From: Patescibacteria group bacterium
Lineage (GTDB): Bacteria; Patescibacteriota; Patescibacteriia; Patescibacteriales; Patescibacteriaceae
Direction: 5' to 3'
Assembly (NCBI GenBank): GCA_028704945.1
Contig: JAQWEL010000003.1
Location: 8,037 to 72,036, forward strand
Length of the DNA: 64,000 nt
The translations under genes were made by a program, and so were the position numbers. This document shows positions 1 through 9,004 of this stretch, piece after piece; the stretch's first letter is position 1, and the number at the start of each line of letters is the position of its first letter. The notes beneath the pieces are model-generated. The model was given only the letters and a program-made list of their open reading frames with translations. It did no database searches and was not told the DNA's origin.

Positions 1-168
1 AGCCATGTTAGAGCGGATAATTTCGATATGCAGACGTTTTAAGACATCTCGCAATGGTCTGGAAAAACCATAGCTTGACGCATTGTAGTTGTTTTGCAAA
101 TATTCGGCAATCGTTCCTTTGCCGGCCACCATCGGTCCGGCCAAGCCGATAATAATTTTTTTATCCAT
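1..168 (-). CDS. P-loop nucleotide-kinase-like protein, N-terminal part only (gene runs off the left edge)
   Basis: Not in the ORF track because no stop lies in the window. A reverse-strand ATG at 168-166 opens MDKKIIIGLAGPMVAGKGTIAEYLQNNYNASSYGFSRPLRDVLKRLHIEIIRSNMA. It has a Walker-A GxxxxGKGT and is clearly paralogous to the adjacent ORF 173..766. Confidence 0.6.
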   Translation of the reverse strand, partial: MDKKIIIGLAGPMVAGKGTIAEYLQNNYNASSYGFSRPLRDVLKRLHIEIIRSNMA

Positions 169-172
169 ACGT

Positions 173-766
173 TTATTTTATAGCTGATCGCTTATTTTGA
201 TGGTTTAAAATATAATCCATCGCTTGTTTAACTTGATTATCCAATTCAGCTTGCTCGCCATTGTTGTCGATAATAAAATCGGCTCGACGCCCGACCTCGT
301 GGATAGATACCTCTGTTAGGCGAGCTTCTTCGGCGATAAAGTCAGCCCAAGTCATTTTATCTTCACCTTCTTTTTCTTTACGCAGTTTAGTGCGTTCATA
401 ACGGATTTTCATATCAGCAGTAACATAGAACAAGTAAAAATTTCTGCCATAACGATCGATAAACGGTTTAATGTCATCGTGCATCCTGATGCCATCAGCA
501 ATAACGATGTCGGCTTCAGTTTCATTTTCAATATCTTGAATAAGCGAATCAATTACAACGGTCGCCCCAAATCCTTCTTTTAAAACTAAAGCTAATTTAA
601 TAAAGTTATCTCTGGTTAAAGGTAAGTGAAGGTCGGCTACTGTTCTTTTTAATATTTTAGAGGTGCCAAAATGTTTGGCTTGATAATTTTTTATGAGGTA
701 GTCGGAGACTGTTCCTTTGCCAGCTCCTTTTTCGCCGATTAGGCCGATAACAATTTTTGGTGTCAT
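173..766 (-). CDS. P-loop nucleotide/nucleoside-monophosphate kinase-like protein
   Basis: 197-aa ORF with Walker A IGLIGEKGAGKGTV near the N-terminus. It is kinase-sized and is a tandem paralog of the partial gene at 1..168. Confidence 0.6.
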   Translation of the reverse strand: MTPKIVIGLIGEKGAGKGTVSDYLIKNYQAKHFGTSKILKRTVADLHLPLTRDNFIKLALVLKEGFGATVVIDSLIQDIENETEADIVIADGIRMHDDIKPFIDRYGRNFYLFYVTADMKIRYERTKLRKEKEGEDKMTWADFIAEEARLTEVSIHEVGRRADFIIDNNGEQAELDNQVKQAMDYILNHQNKRSAIK

Positions 767-813
767 AGATTAAAATAATAAAAGCCCTCTCTGGGGCTAG
801 AATATCCTGTTTA

Positions 814-842
814 AATATAGCAAATAATTTGTAGCTTGTCAA
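814..842 (-). promoter_or_regulatory. sigma70-type promoter for 173..766
   Basis: The minus strand reads TTGACA (842-837), a 17-nt spacer, then TATATT (819-814), about 50 nt upstream of the start codon. Confidence 0.45.
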
Positions 843-872
843 AAACCCCGAGTTTTTTAATGCCCGGGGTTT
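843..872 (-). terminator. intrinsic terminator after the 2362..891 operon
   Basis: Stem AAACCCCG / CGGGGTTT with a 13-nt loop. On the minus strand it is followed by a T run, directly downstream of the stop at 891. Confidence 0.6.
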
Positions 873-890
873 ATAAGTTTATTCAACGAT

Positions 891-1745
891 TTAATATCTT
901 GAATAATACTTCTTTTTACTAATTGTTTTAAGGAAAAACTTGACTTTCTCTCCCGTTTCACCTGATAGAAGCGTGTAGTTTTTTTTGTTACGTTCTAGAT
1001 TGATATTCGGATTTAAATTACCGACTAATTGGCCATCTTTCAACTGAGGAAGAATGCCGATATTACCGAATTGTGATAATGCATCAGTTTGCATGGCTGT
1101 GTTAGAAACTTCCACATACATATAATTATTATCAAAATATCGCATATCATTCGGCATGGCTTGGATACCAACCGCAGCGTGTCCATCTTTTAAATCAGCT
1201 TGCGGGAAATATAGCATGGTTGATCCATAGCCAAGTTCTCTTAGGATAGCAATCAGTAAAATCGCTTTATCAAGACAAGTGCCTGATTTTCGGACTAAAG
1301 TAAAAGCTGGGAAATCAAGCAAAGCTTTGCCGGTGCCAACCTCATCGCGGTTGTAGGGCAATTGTTGAACTAAGCAGGTAGCTAATTCGGCTGGAGAGTT
1401 TGTTGTATCAACCCAAAGTGAATAATCTTTTTCCATTGCCACCTTAACAACCGCTCGAATACCATCGGCAATCTGTTTGATAACTGAGTCGCCAGCAATC
1501 GGTTTCAAGAAACATTCATAGTAGCGCTCTGAATCAGCACTGTGTTTGGGGCGATTAGCCTTGTTGTTGTAATGGTTGATAATATCAGTCGAGACAGTAA
1601 AGGGGATTTCCCAGTGTAATCTGAGATAATCAATCTTAACTGACCCGACATAGACAGAATTTTTTGTTTGGCGCGATAAGTTTTGCGCCGAAAGGTTAGT
1701 GATTGCAATCACTAAGGCTAATAATGTCACAAGATATTTTTTCAT
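891..1745 (-). CDS. secreted protein with a possible transglutaminase-like Cys-His core
   Basis: 284 aa with an N-terminal signal-like MKKYLVTLLALVIAITNLSAQ. SGTCLDKAILLIAILRELGY followed by DGHAAVGI and YMYVEVS resembles the C/H/D-E arrangement of transglutaminase-like cysteine-protease folds. This is motif recall only. Confidence 0.45.
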   Translation of the reverse strand: MKKYLVTLLALVIAITNLSAQNLSRQTKNSVYVGSVKIDYLRLHWEIPFTVSTDIINHYNNKANRPKHSADSERYYECFLKPIAGDSVIKQIADGIRAVVKVAMEKDYSLWVDTTNSPAELATCLVQQLPYNRDEVGTGKALLDFPAFTLVRKSGTCLDKAILLIAILRELGYGSTMLYFPQADLKDGHAAVGIQAMPNDMRYFDNNYMYVEVSNTAMQTDALSQFGNIGILPQLKDGQLVGNLNPNINLERNKKNYTLLSGETGEKVKFFLKTISKKKYYSRY

Positions 1746-2362
1746 CTGACCTTCTCCTGTTTAATACCATAATGATTGAATAATTTCGCTTTCTTTTCTT
1801 TACTTAAGAAGTTTGAAGTTTGAATCGCTTTTTTGATAGATTCATTATCAATTGTTTCTTTTTTAGGCACAGACTTTTTTTTGGTTTGCGCTTTGGCTTT
1901 TATAGGTAAAGTTTTCTTGTTCGGCGTCGTTTTAGCTTTTAGTTGTTTGGATGAATCAGGAATAACTTTTTTTACAGCAGCTACGGAAGCAGTATCAGCA
2001 ACCTTATCCGCTAGTTTTTCCGGTTGATTATTCTTAACAGATAATTTAGCGTTCGTCTGATTGTTTTGGTTTTGCGTTGTATCGGTTGTTTTTACTTGAG
2101 TGCTGTCAGCGCTTATGTCTGACGTCTGATTATTGGTTATGGATTTTTGAACATGAGGAACTATCCAAAAGCAAATTATCATGATTGTAATAAGCGCCAC
2201 CGCAGTTATGAATATCCTTTGTTTCCGTTTACGTGAAGTTCTGCTTTTGACAATTACTTCAAACTCGTTGCTGGTGCTGGCATCTGATTCGACTGTTACT
2301 TTCGTTTTAGGGGCAACAGGGTCAGTTCGTTCTGCTTTGTTTTTTCTGTTAAAAAAACTCAT
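1742..2362 (-). CDS. membrane-anchored low-complexity (K/T/N/Q-rich) protein
   Basis: 206 aa with one hydrophobic helix (IFITAVALITIMIICFWIV) followed by a lysine-rich low-complexity tail. There is a 4-nt ATGA overlap with 891..1745, suggesting an operon. Confidence 0.5.
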   Translation of the reverse strand: MSFFNRKNKAERTDPVAPKTKVTVESDASTSNEFEVIVKSRTSRKRKQRIFITAVALITIMIICFWIVPHVQKSITNNQTSDISADSTQVKTTDTTQNQNNQTNAKLSVKNNQPEKLADKVADTASVAAVKKVIPDSSKQLKAKTTPNKKTLPIKAKAQTKKKSVPKKETIDNESIKKAIQTSNFLSKEKKAKLFNHYGIKQEKVR

Positions 2363-2411
2363 TTCGTTTTTCCTTATATTTAATTGTTAATATACAATTT
2401 TATTTTGCTAT

Positions 2412-2440
2412 ATTATATCATATTTTTAATAAAAAGTCAA
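2412..2440 (-). promoter_or_regulatory. sigma70-type promoter for the 2362..891 operon
   Basis: The minus strand reads TTGACT (2440-2435), a 17-nt spacer, then TATAAT (2417-2412). Confidence 0.5.
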
Positions 2441-2480
2441 TATAAGTAATAAAAAATGGCTAATATTAAAAATAATAACA

Positions 2481-2506
2481 AAAAACCGCTTTCAAAGCGG
2501 TTTTTT
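2481..2506. terminator. bidirectional intrinsic terminator downstream of rplA
   Basis: AAAAAACCGCTTTCAAAGCGGTTTTTT: a CCGC/GCGG stem flanked by A and T runs. Confidence 0.6.
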
Positions 2507-2526
2507 GTTATATTATATTTATAATA

Positions 2527-3234
2527 TTAGAGAGAAACTTTCACGCCAGGACCCATAGCAGAAGTGATAGTACAGCTTTTGATATAAGTGCCTTTGGCAG
2601 CAGCCGGCTTGGCTTTTCTAACAGAGTCTAAGACAGCGCTGAAATTTTCAGCTAATTGTTGGCTCTCAAAAGAAGCTTTGCCAATCAAAATGTGGACATT
2701 GGCAGTATCATCATTCTTGAAAGAGATTTTACCTTTCTTCAATTCAGCCACAGCTTGAGCTGGATTAGCAGTCACAGTTTCATTTTTAGGTGATGGCATT
2801 AAGCCTCTGGTACCCAAAATTTTAGCAATCTTGGCTAAGTGACGCATAATGGCTGGTTCAGCAACTGCGACCTGAAAATCAGTTTTTTCAGTTTTTAAGA
2901 TTTCTTCAATCAATTCTTCTCCGCCAACGATGTCAGCTCCAGCTTCTTTACAAGCTTTTTCATTTTCTGGAGTGACAAAAGCGCAGATTTTTACTTTTTT
3001 ACCAGTACCATGAGGTAAAGTTAAAGCGGCGCGAATCTGTTGATCGCCCTTTCTTGGGTCGATACCGATATTGAAGTGGACTTCAATAGACGAGTCAAAT
3101 TTGACATTAGCTAATTTTTTGGTCAATTCAATGGCCTCAGTTAAAGGATAAGATTTGAGCTTGTCATAACCGACGGCAACGCGAGCCTCAGCTTTGGCAG
3201 TGGCGCGACGGCCTAATTTGATGGTTTTAGCCAT
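2527..3234 (-). CDS. rplA: 50S ribosomal protein L1 (uL1)
   Basis: 235 aa containing LTLPHGTGKKVKICAF and GTRGLMPSPK. It sits in the conserved secE-nusG-rplK-rplA order. Confidence 0.95.
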   Translation of the reverse strand: MAKTIKLGRRATAKAEARVAVGYDKLKSYPLTEAIELTKKLANVKFDSSIEVHFNIGIDPRKGDQQIRAALTLPHGTGKKVKICAFVTPENEKACKEAGADIVGGEELIEEILKTEKTDFQVAVAEPAIMRHLAKIAKILGTRGLMPSPKNETVTANPAQAVAELKKGKISFKNDDTANVHILIGKASFESQQLAENFSAVLDSVRKAKPAAAKGTYIKSCTITSAMGPGVKVSL

Positions 3235-3287
3235 ATTGTTTTGGTGGTGCGAGCGTTATTTTATAACTCCCACAAATTAATTATTAT

Positions 3288-3710
3288 TTACTTGATTTCA
3301 ACACCCATTTGACGAGCAGTGCCAGCAATAATTTTTTTGGCAGCTTCAACATCATAAGCGTTTAAGTCAGGCATTTTAACTTTGGCGATTTCTTCAAGTT
3401 GAGCCTCGGTGATTGAACCAACTTTGTTGGTCAAAGGAGTGGCTGAACCAGCTTTAATGCCAGCGTATTTTTTGATTAATTCAGAAGCAGGCGGTGTTTT
3501 TAAGATAAAAGTGTAGCTGCGGTCATTATAAACAGTGATTTCAACCGGAGTAACTTCACCCATCTTATCACGGGTAGCTTCATTGAATTTAGAACAGAAT
3601 TCGGCAATATTTAAACCGTGCTGTCCTAAAGCCGGACCGATTGGAGGAGCTGGATTAGCTTGGCCTCCGCGAATTTGTAATTTGATTTTGGTGACAATTT
3701 TTTTTGCCAT
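3288..3710 (-). CDS. rplK: 50S ribosomal protein L11 (uL11)
   Basis: 140 aa with [27 protein letters not shown], the classic uL11 N-terminus. Confidence 0.95.
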   Translation of the reverse strand: MAKKIVTKIKLQIRGGQANPAPPIGPALGQHGLNIAEFCSKFNEATRDKMGEVTPVEITVYNDRSYTFILKTPPASELIKKYAGIKAGSATPLTNKVGSITEAQLEEIAKVKMPDLNAYDVEAAKKIIAGTARQMGVEIK

Positions 3711-3783
3711 ATTATTTAAACCGCTGACGCAGAAGCTAGCTGAATTTTATCAGCAAGCGCCATACGGACTTTTAACAATTTGA

Positions 3784-4329
3784 TTAAATTTTCTTGATCT
3801 GTAAGAAGTCGAGCTCAACTGGAGTTTCGCGTCCGAACATAGAAATAACGACTTTAATCTTACCTTTTTCTTCATCAATCTCGATGACTTTTCCGTCAAG
3901 ATTTTTGAATGGGCCGTCAGTAATGCGGACAGGAGTATCTTCGGCTAAATCCATTTTGAATTTAGGCTCCTCAACACCCATTCTTTTTTGCAAAGACTTG
4001 ATTTCTTCTTCTGATATCGGAGTCGGGACAGTGCCGGTGCCGATAAAACCGGTTACGTTCGGGGTATTGCGAACAGCATACCAGGAATCATCATTAACAA
4101 CCATCTCTACTAAAACATAGCCTGGGAAGATTTTTTCTTCGACAATCTTGCGTTTGCCATTTTGAATCTTTATTTTTTTCTCCTTAGGAACCAAGACATT
4201 AAAAATTTTATCCTCCATGTCGAGCGATTCGATTCTTTGCCTTAAATTTTGGGCAACGTTTTCTTCATAACCAGAATAGGTGTGAAGCACGTACCAACGG
4301 CGGCCTTGATTCAATGTTTGTTTTGCCAT
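3784..4329 (-). CDS. nusG: transcription termination/antitermination factor NusG
   Basis: 181 aa with WYVLHTYSGYEENV (NGN domain) and a C-terminal KOW motif (VRITDGPFKNLDGKVIEID). Its position between secE and rplK fits. Confidence 0.95.
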   Translation of the reverse strand: MAKQTLNQGRRWYVLHTYSGYEENVAQNLRQRIESLDMEDKIFNVLVPKEKKIKIQNGKRKIVEEKIFPGYVLVEMVVNDDSWYAVRNTPNVTGFIGTGTVPTPISEEEIKSLQKRMGVEEPKFKMDLAEDTPVRITDGPFKNLDGKVIEIDEEKGKIKVVISMFGRETPVELDFLQIKKI

Positions 4330-4362
4330 ATGTCAATTTATTATATGGTTTTTAAAATAAGC

Positions 4363-4551
4363 TTATTGTCTGTTAATTAGATACTCAACACCTTTAGCGA
4401 ATACCCAGTCTAAGCCACCCAAAAAAGCAGCTACGCCGATACTGACAGCAATAACCAAAATAGTGTAATTTAAGGTTTCTTTCTTGGTTGGCCAAGTGAT
4501 TTTTTTAAGCTCATGAAAGGCCTCCTTGAAATAGTTAACTAATTTGTTCAT
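4363..4551 (-). CDS. secE: preprotein translocase subunit SecE
   Basis: 62 aa with ELKKITWPTKKETLNYTILVIAVSIGVAAFLG and a single TM helix, directly upstream of nusG. Confidence 0.85.
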   Translation of the reverse strand: MNKLVNYFKEAFHELKKITWPTKKETLNYTILVIAVSIGVAAFLGGLDWVFAKGVEYLINRQ

Positions 4552-4756
4552 ATTTTTTTATTCAAAAAAGAGCCCCTTTAGGGCCGAATTGAATTATGCC
4601 TATATCATATCAGCAGATTTATGGTTTGTCAAGGATTTGCCTTAGCTATAAGCAAAGTTCTCTTAATATTGACTTTTTTTTCTAAATATGTTGACATATA
4701 GTCAGTTTTTTGAAAAGTAAATAATTATGTAGTTTTCAATATATTAGGAGTTTTTC

Positions 4757-5647
4757 GTGAAAAATCTGCTAAGCCTTAGAAATGCTATCATGTTTAGCAT
4801 TATTGTCCTACTGTCAATCATCTTAACGCTCGTTAATGATTTGGTTGACGTGAATTTTGCCAGCATTAGCCTGGGCAATAAAATCAGCTTCGTGGTTTTT
4901 AACATACTGGCGGGAGGGTTTATATACAGGCTACTTATTTGGTGCAGTAAAGAGATGGCTAAAAAAGGAATAAAGAAAGTAAAAAGATTTTTTATTTTTT
5001 TATCTTTTTCTTTATGCCTTGTTTTTGTTGTTGCTATTTTTGAAATTGCCCGGTTTTTTGTTGATTTGTTCTTTGGCATTCCGCCAGTATTTTCGGTTGA
5101 TATTGATATATTTACTAATATTTGTTTTAGAATTTTTTATCTTATGTTTGGTATAATTCTTTTTAGTCAGAAGCTAGTAAGAAAAATAGGAGCTGAACGA
5201 TTATTAACCAAATATACGGTAAAAGTTGATTACAACCTGTCTATTGAAGAAGCTGTTAAAGCCGGTAAGTATGATTGTGTTGCTACTATGAAAGACGACG
5301 AGGTTAGTTCAAGTAATTTTCCTGCTTTACCGGGAGAAGAAGGCCAAAAAAATCTTAAGTTCGTCTTAGTACATTTTGGCCTTGTTATGAACTCGGATAA
5401 CGTCATTGTCGAAATGGATAAATTGGGTTACCGACCAGCTACCATGAGAGAAGGTTTAGCCTTTGGCGTTGAACATTCGGATCTGCAAAGACAATTCCCG
5501 ATTGTTGCCTTAGGACAATGGGCCGATCTTGGCGGTATTCGCCATGTGCTTTTTCTGATTGGAAACAATTCTGGTCGTATTCTTGTCCTTTTTCGTCTTG
5601 ACAGCAATTGGTTTGAATTTTGTCGATTCTTGTTTGTTCGCAAGTAA
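4757..5647 (+). CDS. membrane protein with a conserved cytoplasmic C-terminal module (function unknown)
   Basis: GTG start preceded by AGGAG. About 4 TM helices are followed by LGYRPATMREGLAFGVEHSDLQRQFPIVALGQWADLGGIRHVLFLIGNNSGRILVLFRLDSNWFEFCRFLFVRK. Confidence 0.6.
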   Translation: MKNLLSLRNAIMFSIIVLLSIILTLVNDLVDVNFASISLGNKISFVVFNILAGGFIYRLLIWCSKEMAKKGIKKVKRFFIFLSFSLCLVFVVAIFEIARFFVDLFFGIPPVFSVDIDIFTNICFRIFYLMFGIILFSQKLVRKIGAERLLTKYTVKVDYNLSIEEAVKAGKYDCVATMKDDEVSSSNFPALPGEEGQKNLKFVLVHFGLVMNSDNVIVEMDKLGYRPATMREGLAFGVEHSDLQRQFPIVALGQWADLGGIRHVLFLIGNNSGRILVLFRLDSNWFEFCRFLFVRK

Positions 5648-5840
5648 AGTTCTTTCTTGTCCGCCTTGGGTGGAATTCTTACAAAACATTATTCCCTGTT
5701 CCAATTCTTTAAAAAAAAGAAGGAGCAGGGTTTTTTTATACTCAAAAAACATAAATAAAAAAATGGTGAATAGTCCTGTTTGCTAAAAAATAATTTATTT
5801 ATGCTATAATGTTATTAGACAATAAAGTTATATATTTAGT

Positions 5841-6230
5841 ATGAAATCTATTATTCATATTCTGCAAATCATTTTAGAATGGCTGGTGGAAATTATTTTT
5901 TTCCCTTTGTGGTGGTATTCCAAGGGGTTTTTATGGTTTGCTGGCGGCTTAATGCGCTATCTGGGTGATGAATTTACCGGCTTGGCTATCGGTGTTTGGT
6001 TGAAAAATTTGTTCGTGCCAATGTATGGCCAACGCGATATTGCCGGTTTTTTAATCAGTTTTTTTATTCGTTTAGTCCAAGTTATTTTTAGAAGCATCTT
6101 TTGGCTGTTGTTAGCTATTGTTGTTTTTGCCCTGATTATTGTTTGGCTTGGTTTGCCTGTGCTCCTGATTGCCGGTTTTTTCATGTCAGCTAACGGCAAT
6201 CAGATAAATTTTTTAATCCCGAAACTGTAA
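5841..6230 (+). CDS. small polytopic membrane protein (hypothetical)
   Basis: 129 aa, strongly hydrophobic, with an extended -10 TGcTATAAT at 5802-5810 upstream. It is 4 nt from the Clp-like gene, so probably co-transcribed. Confidence 0.55.
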   Translation: MKSIIHILQIILEWLVEIIFFPLWWYSKGFLWFAGGLMRYLGDEFTGLAIGVWLKNLFVPMYGQRDIAGFLISFFIRLVQVIFRSIFWLLLAIVVFALIIVWLGLPVLLIAGFFMSANGNQINFLIPKL

Positions 6231-6234
6231 TCTT

Positions 6235-8976
6235 ATGGATAATAAGTCTAAAGCTAATTTAGCGATTTGTTCAGCCTGTCAAGGTAACGGCAGAATAAAT
6301 AATGCTATTTGTAATGACTGTCATGGCCTTGGTTCTGGTTTAGTTATCGGTGATAAATTTATATTTTTTTCTTTGCCAGTATCGATGGCTTCAATTTATT
6401 TGCGACGGCTCAGGCAAACCGTTTTTTATATCATGGATATAATTATTTGGTTGTTTGGTCTTTTGGGCACGATTATTTTTCTTTATTTAGTGGCGTTAAC
6501 TTTTTTAAATGGATTTTTACCGGACATTAGAAGACAGATTAGCGATAGTTGGTTTCAAATTATTTCAAGCTTGGCTTGGTTAGCGTTGATAATCGATTTA
6601 TTTGTTTTATATCGCTATCGCCGTAAGGTTGAAAATAAACTAAAGTTTAAGAAAAGTGATTATCTTCCGTTTTTGGATTGGGGTAAGCCGATGGCTTGGT
6701 CAGAGGCGTGGCAAGGGAGAAAAAAAATTAATGCCGCACTGTATTTATCGGATGATTTGCTATCATCGTTGGAAAAAGCTTATTTAAAATCCTTTGCTTG
6801 GGATCAGGGGGCTGTTTTACCTGTTCATTTGTTTGCTGCAATTTTAAGTGAAAGTCAAACTGCTGGAAAATGGCTCAAACGTTTGCAATTGAACGGCGAT
6901 CAATTATTCGAGAAATTGATGCGTCAGATTAAAAAGCAAAATAATCAAGGCGCTAATGATTTTTCCGCTGGTATCAAGGTGTCGATAGCAATCGGCTATG
7001 CCTTAGCTTTAGTGGAAGAACGGGAAGGGATTGAAGTGATGGATATTATTTTGCCATTAGTCAAGAACGATAAATTACTGGCCGAAGTCTTATATGATTC
7101 TGGTGTTGACGATGAAAAAATAGAAAATTTAAGCGAATGGTATTCTATTAATGAGAGAATGAAAAAAAATAGGCGTTTATTCAGTCATTTAGCCAGATTC
7201 AAGCCAAGCGGTAATATGGATCGGGCTTACACTGCCCAAGCTACGCCCATCTTGGATTCTGTATCCTATGATTTGACCGCCCAAGCTAAATATAACCGTC
7301 TTGAAATTTGTGTTGAGCGCGAGCGTGAAATTAATGAGATGATGTCGGTTATGCTTAGCGGACAATTAGGTATTTTGTTGGTTGGTCAGCCAGGCGCTGG
7401 CAAGAGGACTGTTGTCGGCGGCTTAGCCCAATTGATGGTAATGGAAAAAGTCCCTGGAGCTTTTCGCGATAAGCGTTTAATAGAAATTGATATCGCCCGA
7501 TTGATTGGCGGAGTTAATCCAGCTGAAGCTGAAGAGCGGATGTTGGAAATTATCAATGAAATAGCGCGGGCCGGCAATATCATCGCTTATATACCTAATA
7601 TAGAAACTATTTTGGGCTTATCAGCCGGCGGGGAATCAAGTCTTGATTTGTCGGAAATAGTCGTTAATGCTTTGCAGCGGGGTTGGTTTTATTGTTTAGC
7701 AACCACCACTTTAGAAAATTATCAGAAATTTGTTGAAGGCTCAACCTTGGGCAAGAGCTTGAATCGTATTGATATTGATGAACCTGAAACTAATAGCGCC
7801 ATCAAGATATTAGAATCAAAAGTTGCTTTTTTTGAAGCGCGTTATGGTGTTTATCTGTCTTATGGCGCGCTTGAGCAGGCGGTAGTGTTAACCAAACGTT
7901 TTGATCATGAAGCTTATCTGCCTGACAAGGCAATTAAAATAATTGATAAAGTTGCTGCTAAAACTTTAGGCGAAAGAGGCTCTAAGGCGATTGTAAGCAG
8001 CGATGATGTAGCCAATTTGATCAGTTCAGAAATAGGCGTGCCAGTAGCTAAATTTACTGAATCAGAAGGCAAAGAACTATTAGCGCTTGAAGAAAAGATG
8101 CACGAAAGGATGGTTGGCCAAGATGAGGCAGTCAGCATGGTGGCCGCTGCTCTCAGACGAGCTCGCGCTGAATTGCGTGAAGGTAAACGGCCAATCGCTT
8201 CTTTTTTATTTCTTGGCCCAACTGGTGTTGGAAAAACAGAATTAGCTAAAACATTAGCTTCGGTTTATTTTGGCGCTGAAAATACCATGATTAGATTGGA
8301 TATGTCTGAATATCAATCCGAAGATGCTTTGGAAAAAATGATTGGTTCAGCTGACGGTTCACCTGGCTATTTAACTGAAAAAGTCCGAGAAATGCCTTTC
8401 GCTTTAGTCTTGCTTGATGAAATTGAAAAAGCTCACCCGAAAGTTTTGGATTTATTTTTGCAAGTAATGGATGATGGCCGTTTGACCGATGGTGACGGAC
8501 GAACCATAGATTTTACTAACTCAATTATTATCGCCACTTCTAATGTCGGCGCAGTTGACATTATGAAAGCAGTTGAGCGAGGTGATGATTTATCAGGTCT
8601 TAAAGAAAAATTAGTTGAAAATGATTTGACTAAAGTTATGCGTCCTGAATTTATTAACCGGTTTGATGGCATTATCGTCTTTAAACCGTTAACGATAGAA
8701 AATGTTGCCCAAATTGCCGGCTTAATGATTGATTCTTTAGCTAAAATGCTAGACCAAAAGGGTATTAAGCTTGAAATTAGCGAACAAGGTTTGATAAAAT
8801 TGGCTAAAATGGGCTACGAGCCGCAATTTGGCGCTAGACCATTGAGGCGTCTCTTGCAGGATAAAATTGAAAATGTTATAGCTAATACCATCTTGGCCGG
8901 GGAGGTAAAAAGGCGTGATACGATTGTTATTAATGATGATGCCGAAGTTCAAGTTAAAAAAGCCCAGGCTTTATAA
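6235..8976 (+). CDS. membrane-anchored Clp/Hsp100-family AAA+ ATPase with an N-terminal DnaJ-type zinc finger
   Basis: 913 aa. The N-terminus has CSACQGNG...CNDCHGLG (two CxxCxGxG motifs) and 2 TM helices. Clp_N-like repeats follow, then D1 (GQPGAGKRT Walker A; the Walker B position reads IAYIPNIE rather than hhhhDE). D2 looks intact ([26 protein letters not shown]). Confidence 0.85.
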   Translation: MDNKSKANLAICSACQGNGRINNAICNDCHGLGSGLVIGDKFIFFSLPVSMASIYLRRLRQTVFYIMDIIIWLFGLLGTIIFLYLVALTFLNGFLPDIRRQISDSWFQIISSLAWLALIIDLFVLYRYRRKVENKLKFKKSDYLPFLDWGKPMAWSEAWQGRKKINAALYLSDDLLSSLEKAYLKSFAWDQGAVLPVHLFAAILSESQTAGKWLKRLQLNGDQLFEKLMRQIKKQNNQGANDFSAGIKVSIAIGYALALVEEREGIEVMDIILPLVKNDKLLAEVLYDSGVDDEKIENLSEWYSINERMKKNRRLFSHLARFKPSGNMDRAYTAQATPILDSVSYDLTAQAKYNRLEICVEREREINEMMSVMLSGQLGILLVGQPGAGKRTVVGGLAQLMVMEKVPGAFRDKRLIEIDIARLIGGVNPAEAEERMLEIINEIARAGNIIAYIPNIETILGLSAGGESSLDLSEIVVNALQRGWFYCLATTTLENYQKFVEGSTLGKSLNRIDIDEPETNSAIKILESKVAFFEARYGVYLSYGALEQAVVLTKRFDHEAYLPDKAIKIIDKVAAKTLGERGSKAIVSSDDVANLISSEIGVPVAKFTESEGKELLALEEKMHERMVGQDEAVSMVAAALRRARAELREGKRPIASFLFLGPTGVGKTELAKTLASVYFGAENTMIRLDMSEYQSEDALEKMIGSADGSPGYLTEKVREMPFALVLLDEIEKAHPKVLDLFLQVMDDGRLTDGDGRTIDFTNSIIIATSNVGAVDIMKAVERGDDLSGLKEKLVENDLTKVMRPEFINRFDGIIVFKPLTIENVAQIAGLMIDSLAKMLDQKGIKLEISEQGLIKLAKMGYEPQFGARPLRRLLQDKIENVIANTILAGEVKRRDTIVINDDAEVQVKKAQAL

Positions 8977-9004
8977 ATATTAATTTTATAATCATTCAAC
9001 TTTT

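Noticed and set aside
4570-4600. A short hairpin (GCCCC-ttta-GGGCC region) with flanking A/T runs in the secE leader, considered as an attenuator.
   Set aside because: The stem is only 3-4 G-C pairs and nothing else supports a regulatory role. I also looked for the tRNA-Trp often found upstream of secE and did not find one.
4744-5079. A 111-aa minus-strand ORF overlapping the start of 4757..5647, plus small ORFs at 5428-5786.
   Set aside because: They are antisense or out of frame relative to a gene with a good RBS and a coherent TM-plus-conserved-C-terminal architecture. The 5650-5790 ORFs cross a terminator hairpin and the promoter of 5841.
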